A stretch of DNA of 64,000 bases from Selaginella moellendorffii (lineage: Eukaryota > Plantae > Lycopodiophyta), in assembly GCF_000143415.4 (NCBI RefSeq), contig NW_003314283.1:923734-987733 (forward strand). Reading direction: 5' to 3'. A program made the translations under genes and the position numbers. Position 1 is the first letter of the stretch. Every line of letters starts with the position of its first letter. Shown in pieces: positions 1 to 9,943 of the stretch. The notes beneath the pieces were generated by a model. That model had not been told where the DNA came from. It ran no database searches and saw only the letters and a list, made by a program, of their open reading frames with translations.

Positions 1-241
1 GCCAAGTCCGGCTCGGCTCAACTGCCCGGTCGTGTCACATGGTGCGCACCGGCCTTGGCACTTGGAGGCGGACTGGTTCGCCGGCGAACCGGCCCGCCTC
101 CAAGCGCCAAGGCAAGGCTCTCGGGCGGTTGGCCTTGGCGCGGGCCGGCCAAGGTGCTTGGGGGAGGCCTGCATCGAGCCCACGCCCTGTTCCCCTCTTC
201 TTATGCATTTATAATTTATAATGAGTTTTTTTTATTTTCAG

Positions 242-3200
242 AAACGGAAGCAACTACAAAAGGAGAGGGATGTTGGATCAAAGAGAAGACATGAGGAAGA
301 TGAAATCTAGGACGACAATCAAGTTGACCTTCAGATAGAGATTTCCACAGCGACAACTCTACCGTCTTCCCAACCAAATAGCTCCAGTCCACATGCACCC
401 CCACCACCGCCATCGATGCCACCACCACCATTACCACCGCCACCACCGCCACCACCATTACCACCACTGCCACCTTTACCTTCATCACCACCATTACCAC
501 CACCGTCATCACCACCATTACCACCACCACCACCAGCATCATCACCACCACCAGCACAACCATTGTCATCACTACCATTGCTGCCACAACCACAAATGCC
601 ACTACTCTTAACATATTCACAAAATATGGCAGAAATGGAGTAGTGCCCAAGTAGCTCTGTAGCAGCGCCTGATGGCGGTGTTGGGCCAGAGTCGGGGGCT
701 AGATCTGATAATGGTGCTACTGGAGGTGTAGCTGAAGCTGAAAGAGAAGTGGAGTTACCTGAACACATTGTCGACAAGCGCTTCCAAGAGACAGTTTTGA
801 GAACTAAAGAGAAGGCCATTCACACGACTATGGAGTCTCTCAAGTGGGAAGGCCCGGGGCACATGATCCGAGAAATCCCACTATGTCGATTCACTCAGAC
901 AAGCATCGTTCAGTCTGCTTCACCGCACTTCGTCAACATGGACATCTATAGTCTATACAAACAGAATGGCCTTGGGACAAACATAGGTATGTTCCTTGTT
1001 TCAGTTTTCAAGCCAGGAACGACAAATACCCTCTCGGTGTCACCGGAAATCGAGAGGGATTGGGATGACATTTGGAAAATGAAGTCCCGCGAATTTGACA
1101 ACAAGCTTATGAGCCATCCTAAGACTCAACAATTTGTGGGGAAAATGTTCTACATTATCGACGGGAATCATCGCTGGTGCGCGTGGATGAAGTGCATCTG
1201 AGAATGCTTCCGAGACGATCCTGTCTATCACATCAATGTTCCGGTTGGACATGTACACGCGAGAGGATCTCTAGATTTGGCAAGGCTTGTGATAGCTTGC
1301 CACAAAATTAATGCGTAAGTACCTCTCCTTCTTCAATCACTTTTAACAATTTGTGTTTTGCAGACTGGGACAGTTTGTAGTGCAGAAACAAAGCCTAGTA
1401 CATGATATCGAGCAGATCCGGTTTCTTGCCAATCTCGACAAGGATGCAGTCCGCAGCCACTATGGTGATGATTTAGCATCACTTATTCGACATCAACGAG
1501 GTCGTCAGGATGCCAATAGATGGTACAAGAATCCAGTGGCTTTTATGACAGCTGTGTGAAGTAAGGTATGTTCTTTTAAGTATACTTCTTATCATAGAAT
1601 GTTTGTGTTGTCTTCAGCCATTGGTGAAGGTTAAGCAAGATGCATATGCACAGTCGCATCGAGCTGAAAATGATCAAGAACTCTCAAAGCATTTAGCTGC
1701 AATTGACAAGAAAATCAACAGCACAAAGAAGACAAAGGTAAAGAAATTACTTAGTGTGGCTGACCCTTGACGCCCAAAGGAGTGGTTCGATATTATAACA
1801 GAGATTGCTTGTCATGAAAGTAAGTATTGTTTGTATTTACATGAAGGTTCTCACAAAAGCTATTTTTTAGTGGGCAAAACTCCAGATGAGATTATTTACA
1901 ACATCTCAAAGTCAAAGCTTACATATGAGGAACAGATACACATTCTGAACGACCTCAATAGCAGACTCAGGGAAGGAGAAAAAGGTTTGGATAGTATGAT
2001 GGAGACTGTGATGAGGAGGACTGTCTACATTTCACAAACTGTATATGAAGGGGAGATGTTTCTAGCGCCTTTCATAGGGGATGATCCTAAGCAACTTCCA
2101 TTTAAGGACTTCGTCACCATTGAGCTTACAAAACTTGGAGAGGACTGGCTGCCAAAGAAGGCCACAAGCACGACTCCATTTGATAAACAACTTGGCCAAC
2201 TTTACTTCATGCGTCGAGTGGCTTTCAGGTAACATACAATTTCTCAACTATACTCAATTGTTTATATTCTATTATAGGTATCTCCAATATAGAGGCGTTC
2301 CTCTCGAAACACTGGTATGCACACGCCTCCTGAGGCATGGTGTGAGAGATGGAGGCATGTACCCGACAACAATGAAGTTTCCAGCAGCAATAAAGCACGC
2401 TTGTCCTTGGGAATTGGAGATGCCAGATTATGAACCAACCCACCATGAGGCTGCAAGAGGCAACAATGATGACGAAGATGATGGCCATGAGAATGTCGAC
2501 CCTGTTGGTGCCAATGGCGAGCAGAGTGAAGATGGCGGTGAGAATGAGATTCTTTGAGACGAAGTCGAGCAAGAGAACCAGAACATCCAAGAAGTTCTAC
2601 CTCGACGAAAGCGAGCAAATCCACATCTGGAGGAATTAGTCAACAGTGATGATGATCGTCCAAGACGTCCCCGTAACTGAGGAACTTCTCGAGGTATATT
2701 TCTTTTTATTCTCTCCTTTTCTTAGTTCCTCAAAATGGTTGCAGCAAAAACTGTCGGGAGTAACTTCATTCCAGCTCGTCTTGATGCTCGAGAAGAGGAC
2801 TTGGAGGAACTTACATCTACCACACGCCACATGACGGTATGTAAATTTTTCTTAAGTTCACATCTTATCTTTGTCTTCTCCCCCTAGATTCGCCCTGTAT
2901 CTCTAGTGGCATTCCGTGGTGAAGTTGGGATCTTTATTGGCTCCTATAGTTCATTGATGGCATCTTTTGAGGAGGATGCTGAGAATATGGCTATCCGGCA
3001 AAAGTGGGAGCGCTTTTGTCAGAAGATCCATAGGCGACCACTCAAGAGCACAAACTTCATGCTCTTTGACATGCCAGATGGTCTTCCAGACGCTAATGGT
3101 GATGTCCCAAGCTAGAACAACCTGACTAAAGACCACTTGAAGGATGCATTCCTTTTGGCAGCAATTCTCCTTCACACAACCGGTCAAGTTGCCTTCATTC

Positions 3201-3749
3201 TCCCGAATGACCCCCATTGGATGTCCTGCCTTATGAGGTATGCAAGTCGAGTCAACTTCAAGAGGTTCTCTTCCGGATGCATCATGGATAGTGTTGGGGT
3301 TGAGACCAAAGGTGTCCTAGGCATGCCAGAGAAGGTAAGAAATCATTTTCTGTTTTGGTTGTCTCTAAAGTTTTATTATTCAGGTTATGATGTGGACCTA
3401 CCATGTGTTTTGCAGAAAAGAAAATGACGGTTTTCGTGATAGCGAGCGTGCTGCAAGGGTTTTGCCAGGGTATGACAGCTTTACTGACATCATACCAAAT
3501 CTCATAGATGACGACATCCGCAACACATTGTCTGGGTATCGGTTCCAATCTCCATCGGCGATGCATGTCCTACTTGAGCTTTATTGCCCAACTAGAGGTG
3601 TTGTCATCGATTGCACAGCAGGTAGTGGTTCGATGGTCGAAGCAGCACGTGACTCTGGTAGATCGGTGTTTGCGATTGAAGAATATGAGTTCTTCAAACG
3701 CCGTCTTCGAGGTTTTCGTCCTTCTCTATCAGTTGCTTCTAGGAGGTAA
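242..3749 (+). pseudogene. Intron-containing ParB/Srx-domain plus beta-class N4C/N6A DNA methyltransferase fusion gene, disabled by nonsense mutations; 5' exon not identified
   Basis: Exons 242-1314, 1364-1565, 1618-1819, 1871-2228, 2278-2693, 2745-2836, 2888-3334 and 3384-3749 join in phase through ~50-nt GT-AG introns (~1050 codons). It has a Pro-rich N-terminal tract and FYIIDGNHRW (1160-1174, ParB/Srx motif). MTase features: FDMPDG...W (motif IV-like, 3068), LLHTTGQVAFI (motif VI-like) and FQSPSAMHVLLELYCPTRGVVIDCTAGSGSMVEAARDSGRSVFAIE (motifs X, I, II). In-frame stops at 308, 641, 1199, 1557, 1768, 2555, 2678 and 3113. Confidence 0.8.
400..600 (+). repeat. (CCA)n-type low-complexity repeat encoding the poly-Pro tract of the ParB-MTase gene
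   Basis: accaccacca-type trinucleotide repeats in frame with the downstream ParB exon. Confidence 0.9.
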
Positions 3750-3924
3750 TTTATGATGTTTTAAAAACTTATAAATAATACATATTTAGTTTTCTAGAAG
3801 TTTTCCTAGGTATGCATGGCATATCATATGCAATGTGTAAATTGAGGAGTGGTATGAAAAATCTATTTATTAATGATACATCAATTGAATGCAATGAGAA
3901 AGATGTGTCACATGTCAATGTGAT

Positions 3925-4035
3925 AATGATTGTGACACTGACAGTGTCAGTGTAGCAGATAGCGACAGTGATAGTGTCAGTGACAGAGACAGTGTCAGTG
4001 TCAGAGATGACAAAGTTACAGTGTCAGTTTGTCAA
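3925..4035. repeat. Cluster of GACAGTGTCA / TGACAC partly palindromic motifs
   Basis: tgacactgacagtgtcagtg ... gacagtgatagtgtcagtgacagagacagtgtcagtgtca ... acagtgtcag. Confidence 0.7.
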
Positions 4036-4163
4036 ATTTCATAATTACTAGTATTATCAGTTTATTATCTATAGGTAATACAATTTTGTTAATAAAAAAA
4101 AGGCGAGAGGGGGGGGGGGCATGAATAATATCATAGTGTAAGAATTATTAGTGGCTGGAATTT

Positions 4164-4712
4164 TCAGTAGGATGGCCTAAAAATACCATATTCAGCACTT
4201 GTGGGTGTAGGATTTACTAACGGAATATTGTTCCTCACCATGAAATGATAATGATTGTGTGTTCTTAACTCTTTCTTGATTTTCTTATACATCCATTTAT
4301 GCACACCTTCCACACCAGTTCTTGGGCAGTTGTGACAGTGTTCTAGAAAAGTTTCTAGACCCATACAGCCTTCCGTTTTATCTAAATAAAAGTAGCAGAT
4401 GGGACACTGGAGATAATATGTGTTCATTCTTTCAAAAGTTTCAACCATATCGGGAGCAAGATCTTGAAGAAACATTTGGCATCGCTCTTGAAGCACATGA
4501 GGCAATCCATCTTTAGTAGCAACATCTAGAACATTATCTGGAAGAGGGATCTCTTGTTCAGTCACACTTGGGGCTACAAAAGAAAAGGCCTCACAACGAT
4601 TGATGTATGGAGGGAAGGGTGGAATGTTGGTAGAAGTTGGAGACGGAGGTGGAGACTCATATGAAATGCATGGGGGCCAAATGCGAGTAGCAATAGCATT
4701 TTCCCTAGCCAT
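4164..4712 (-). CDS. 182-aa protein with C-terminal CxxC-H-H zinc finger resembling zf-XS (SGS3/IDN2 type), copy 1
   Basis: Intact intronless ORF. CPICYFYLDKTEGCMGLETFLEHCHNCPRTGVEGVHKWMYKKIKKEL fits the CPxC..L..(F/L)LxH..H...(L/I)xK(D/E)L spacing; a conserved paralog lies next to it. Confidence 0.65.
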   Translation of the reverse strand: MARENAIATRIWPPCISYESPPPSPTSTNIPPFPPYINRCEAFSFVAPSVTEQEIPLPDNVLDVATKDGLPHVLQERCQMFLQDLAPDMVETFERMNTYYLQCPICYFYLDKTEGCMGLETFLEHCHNCPRTGVEGVHKWMYKKIKKELRTHNHYHFMVRNNIPLVNPTPTSAEYGIFRPSY

Positions 4713-4970
4713 TCCTACACTCTAAACAAACTGAAATTTCAATGTTGAAAGCATCCCTTGTTGGTATTTATACTAAGAAAAGATCTAGGGGTTCTTGAAA
4801 GTTTAAATTGTCAGTCTCAAAAATGGGACTTCAGAATTATAACAGTGTCAGAACCACTTGTATATATAATAATATCTTTATACATGCTAGAATAATATCA
4901 TTCTCGAAAATATAAGATTCTCCACTTTACTCATAAAGAATTAACCTTTTGAAAAAACTATGCATGACTT

Positions 4971-5525
4971 TCACATTACATTAAAGGGTGGCCTAAATAT
5001 CCCATATTCAGCATTTACTGATGCAGTGTTCACCAATGGAATATTGTTCTCCACCATGAAATCATAATAGCTATGTGTTTTTAATTCTTTCTTGATTTTC
5101 TTATACATCCACGCGTGCACACCTTCCAAACCCGCTCTTGGGCATTTGCGACAATGCTCAATAAAATTTACCAAACCCATGCAACCATCTATCTTGTTTA
5201 AATAAAAGTTGCATATAGGACACTAAAGATAATATGTATCTACATTAAGCTCCCCTGCCATATCTGGAGCAAGATCTTGAAGAAAATATTGACATCACTC
5301 TTGAAGCATTGGAGGCAATCCAACTTTTTTAACAACATCATAAGGAAAGAGTTTTTGTTCAGTTGCACTCGAGGTCGCAAATAAAAGAGCCTCACAACAG
5401 CCTTCAAAATGAAAAGGAGGATTGTTGCGTAGAGGTGAAGGTGGATTATTGGTTGAGATTGGAGATGGAGGTGGAGACTCATATGAGAGGCCTTGGGGAC
5501 CAAAAGTAAACTTCTTCCTAACCAT
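4971..5525 (-). pseudogene. Tandem paralog of 4164-4712 (zf-XS-like), copy 2 with two nonsense mutations
   Basis: One frame from ATG 5525 to stop 4971: SYESPPPSP...LQE*CQYFLQDLAPDM...YYL*CPICNFYL...EHCRKCPR...HAWMYKKIKKEL. Stops at 5295 (CGA>TGA) and 5223 (CAG>TAG). Confidence 0.8.
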
Positions 5526-5967
5526 TGCAACACACAAGAAGAATTAAACTTCCTAGCAATAAAAATTCTCTCATTAATATACTATATTTCAATCTCGGGA
5601 ATGATGTTTTATTATGACATAACACTATAGTGAATGATAATTGTCAGTCTTAGTAATTACAACCTACTATGAGAAACAAGTGGCTATAGGGTTTCAGAAG
5701 CTAAAAACTAGCATATAATTAATATGTAGCATTATTTTATATAGTTGGCCTGCCATATATAATAATAGCGAATATACACAGGCACGCGAGTATGCCTTTT
5801 TGCAAGATTACCTTTCAATCCCAAAATCATATATAGATTTAATTCTTTGATTTGTCTACATCATATATCTTTGCAAAGACAAAACATATCAAAAGGAATA
5901 AGATATATATAAAAAACTTACATTTTTTTATAATATTTTAGTGGATTACAAAAGCCATTGAAAGGGT

Positions 5968-6213
5968 TTATAGAGTGGATTTATTAGTGCTTTCCGCTGT
6001 GCTGTCCATTTCTTCTTTTCTCTTGCTCTGGATTGTTGTTTCGGAAGTAACAGGAGCATTTTTATCAATAGTGACAGTGGTCTCCACATTCCCGGATGGG
6101 TAATAAGGACCAGGTGTGTAATATGGAGATTGTGGTAGTGAAACAAAATTCACATTCTCACATTTCTGTATGCTAGAACTACTTAGAGATTTTTTGTCTT
6201 CCTTGCTTCCCAT
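5968..6213 (-). CDS. Hypothetical 81-aa protein
   Basis: ATG-started ORF in AT-rich surroundings, same strand as the zinc-finger pair; no recognisable domain. Confidence 0.3.
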   Translation of the reverse strand: MGSKEDKKSLSSSSIQKCENVNFVSLPQSPYYTPGPYYPSGNVETTVTIDKNAPVTSETTIQSKRKEEMDSTAESTNKSTL

Positions 6214-6977
6214 CTCTGTAAACCCTAAAGAATAAATGAGTGAATCAGTGTTTCGAATTATTTATATATTTCTGGTCAATTGTTGAAATGTTAAAATGTT
6301 GAAATGTACAATAGAAATTTTCCGGTTCATTCGAACTTCAATATTCCCATTTTATTTGGGACCAATAAAGCCCAAAAATTTCTATGGGTTCAGACGAACT
6401 TCTAATTCTAGAAATTGTATAAACTGCATTAGAAAGATTCAAAAAATAAAAATCTCTTTGAACCATTGATACTTAAACTCATAAATTTCAAGTTCACCAA
6501 AGAATAACATTTTTCTGACTTAATATTTCCTTATAAAACTTATGGTTGACTATGTTGACTAGCATTGACTTGAGCTGAATTGAGCTCAACTCGTGAGGTC
6601 AACTCAACTTTGGACCATCCCCCTCCTTAGAAGGTGAACAAGGCATGGTGAGCCTTCGGTGTCAAACCATTGACGAATATTGGTGAGGTGCAAAGGATGG
6701 AAAGGGTAATATATGCTGGTATTACTTTATGAAATAGTTTATCGTTCAATGAGGGCATCGAACTTCGTCTATAGGTGGTGGAGTTGTGAGACACAAAATC
6801 CACATGCCCCAAAGTGGAGCCAAAAGGGTGCCACGTGGTAGTGACTGAAGCGAAAGCCAAACAAGCATAACACGTTTGGACTAAAAGCTCTGACTTAAAA
6901 GGTCGAGAGTGGAACTCCCAACAAAGTGCTCAAAGAACGACTATGAAACAAGCAATAAGTGAGCCTCTAGATTACAA

Positions 6978-9142
6978 TGTGAGTATACCCAAATTGAGGA
7001 ACCACTCCTTAGGCTGTTGGGTAGGTTCATCCCTATGAGGACACAAGAAGACCAACACATAACACGTGGCAGAGTCCGAGATGGACCTGAGATAGAGTCC
7101 TAGATGGACCCGAGATGGACCCAAGATGGAGTCTGAGATGGAGTCCAAGATGGAGTCCAAGATGGAGTCCGAGATGGAGTCCGCGATGGACCCGAGATGG
7201 ACCCGAGATGGAGTCCGAGATGGACCCGAGATGGAGTCCAAGATGGAGTCCGAGATGGATCCGAGATGGAGTCCGAGATGGACCCGAGATAGAGTCCAAG
7301 ATGGACCTGAGATGGAGTCCGAGATGGACCAAGACGGAGTCCGAGATGGAGTCCGAGATGGACCTGAGATGGAATCCAAGATGGAGTCCGAAAAGGATCT
7401 GAGATGGAGTCCGAGGTCGAGACCGAGACTGGGACCGAGACTGAGACCGAGACCGAGACCGAGATCGAGACCGAGACCGAGATGAGGTCGAGGCTGAGAT
7501 CGAGCCTTAGCCTGAGTCTGAGAGGGTGAAAGCCCAAAGCGTTTGTCTCCCAGACCCTCATATACCCGAACTGATCATCACAACGTAACACAATACTGAA
7601 ATCTTTCTCTGGCCTGGAAATCAACCAAGCGTACCCACAAGGCCCACGTAGGGCCACGGTGTTCCGAAATGTTGTCCCAAAGTCCCAAACTATGGAAAGG
7701 AAGAAGGATAGCCCTCTAGTGTTGACCAAGGACACAATCACACAGTGAGGAAGTCCTAGAGGACAGTGGGACTTAGTGGTTGGGACTGTGGGCCTTGATC
7801 CAGTGACAATGTTGGCGAACACGGCCAAGGACAGAAAAGGACTTGGTAGGGACCGGAATGGAGATATTGGGGAAGGCCATGTCTGTAGGCATCTTAAGGA
7901 TGCTAAGGAGTGGATCTAGGGTGCCCACTCATGGACGAATAGCCCAGTCTTGGAGAGACGGGATTGCAATGCAAGTGGTGTTAGACCACCAATGTGACCA
8001 AAGTGAATGGGTGTGGCCTAGCGTAATGGGCTGATATGTCAATAGTACCTTGGGGTGTTGGTTATGGGATCGGACACGTTAAGCACTTAGACCAAGTGCA
8101 AAGGTTGAGTGGCATGGATGCCATTCTTGGGGCCACCAAGTCCTAACTAGGACTTATGGAAGTTGTGAATGAGACTCCTCCAAGTGGTTGGATGTGCAGT
8201 TAAGTGACTAAAGTAAAATGGAAAAATTAGTCGCTTACAGACTCCAATGAAGCCAGTTTGGCCCAGGAAGGATGTGCTCAGGTGTTAGGTGATGGGATAA
8301 CCACTGGGAAGTCCAAGGCTAAAGTGATTATGGACTAACAAGTGGGGTAGCTTGGTGAAGTGTTCAAGAGCCAGCTCTAGTTCCCCCGGGAGATCGAATG
8401 GCCGATGCTCCCTGTCCAAGTGTGGGTGGCACTACCTACTTGGATACCTAATGTGGCTCAACAGAACCTCACTCTAAGCCCATGGCTAAAGCACCAAAAG
8501 GCAGAAGGTGGGGAGAGTACCCATGAGGCTCGCGTAAGGCCACAGTGTTCCGAAATGTTGTCCCAAAATCCCAAACTGTGAAAAGGAAAAGGAGCAATCC
8601 TCTAGTGTAGTGACTAAGGATATGGTCACATGGTGAGGAAGTCCCAAAGGACAGTGGGACTTAGAGGTCGGGCCTACAGGCTTTGTTCCAGTGGCAATGT
8701 TGGCAAACACAACCATAGACAGAAAGGGACTTGGTGGGGACTGAAAAAGGGATATTGGGGAAGGTTGTTCCCCATGTCTACGAACATCCTAAGGATGTTA
8801 AGGAGTGGATTTGGGATGACCACTCATGGATGGATAACCCAGTCTTGGAGAGATAGGACTGTGATCCAGGTGGTATTGGACCACTAGTGTGGCAAAGGTG
8901 ATAGGGCATAGCCTTAGCGTAATGGGCTGATATGTCAGTGGTACCTTTGAGTGTTGGTCATGGGATCGGACACATGGAGCACTTAGACCAAGTGCAAAGG
9001 TTGAGTGGCAGGGGTGCCATTCTCGGGGTTAGCAAACCCCAAGTCTGGAATAGAACTTATGGAGGTTGTGAGTGAAACTTTTCCAAGTAGTCAAAGAGGT
9101 GGTTAAGTGATTAAAGTGAAATGGAAAATTTAGTAGCTTACA
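6978..9142. mobile_element. LTR-like retroelement remnant with internal tandem arrays and a ~600-bp direct duplication
   Basis: Ends TGTGAG...CTTACA. Direct repeats ~7635-8240 and ~8520-9142. Shares motifs (gggtgaaagcccaaa; ggccac.gt.t.ccgaaat) with the 17170/28012 LTRs. It truncates the Copia RT at 9143; no TSD found. Confidence 0.55.
7072..7520. repeat. 12-bp minisatellite (GAGATGGAGTCC / GAGATGGACCC variants) grading into a 6-bp (GAGACC)n array
   Basis: Directly visible; it explains the repetitive ORFs on both strands. Confidence 0.95.
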
Positions 9143-9700
9143 CAAGCAAAACTTTATAGGTATATACCCACTAGACTTGGGATTGCATATGGCCTCAAAG
9201 CCAAGAAAGTAGGAGACTTGGACAAAGTCCTTCATCTAGAATTATTGGCTGAGAGAAGCTTTCGAAACAACAATGGCATTAGGATCATCATTCACAATTA
9301 GCAAATCATTAATGTAAAGGGCCACAACAAATATAGTCCCAGATGACTTTTCGTATAGCATGGCAGCAATAAAAGCCTTGAGTACAAAAGGTAGCATCAA
9401 ATTTTTGATACCAAATGCATAAGCTTTTATATAAAACTATCCACAATTGCCATACAACTCCACTAAGGGCAATATTGTCCTAGAGGCATGTGCATGTATA
9501 TATCCTTTTGCAAATCCCCATTCAAGAATGCCATCTTAACATTCATATAGTGGACTTGCTATTTACAAGCAGCCACAAGCACAAAAAGGGTATGGAGGCT
9601 GACCATTTTGACAACCAATGAAAATGTTATATCATAACCATATGCATATCTGATGAAGATGAATTTCTTTTTGGGATCTAACTTTTATCAAAGTTGATCA
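9143..9700 (-). mobile_element. Degenerate Ty1/Copia reverse transcriptase fragment
   Basis: Minus-strand translation gives TFSLVVKMVSLHTL...VHYMNVKMAFLNGDLQKDIYM, ALYINDLLI (YVDD-like) and MKDFVQVSYFLG (MKDLG..YFLG). Confidence 0.85.
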
Positions 9701-9943
9701 AGGATATGCACATAGAAAGTGGGACATATTAGGACTAGAGTCTATCCAAAATGCCTGCCATCTAAAGCAACCATGGCATGCAACAACTTGAGCAGCATGG
9801 CCATGTCCAAGAACCTTGTCCAACATGCTAGCTCCAAGCACATTGAAGTCCAATTTCACTACAAGTGTGGCTAGTCGATGGCAGCACCCATCACCAAGCC
9901 ATTGGAGCCACACTAGTTTCAGCTCCTGCATGACAGATTTGGT

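Noticed and set aside
216-819. Poly-Val, poly-Gly and poly-His ORFs
   Set aside because: Alternative-frame and antisense readings of the (CCA)n poly-Pro tract
6620-6977. Minus-strand PBS-like (ttgtaatctagag) and PPT-like (aggaggggga) signals defining a mini LTR element
   Set aside because: No matching second LTR or TSD found, and the orientation conflicts with motif similarity to the other LTRs
7515-7556. Intact hammerhead ribozyme
   Set aside because: The CUGAUGA core and GAAA are not intact in any of the three copies; kept only as a conserved hairpin motif
6972-7828. Repetitive ORFs (SPRW, MESE, SISD) and a CRISPR-like appearance
   Set aside because: A pure tandem minisatellite with no unique spacers, in a eukaryotic context
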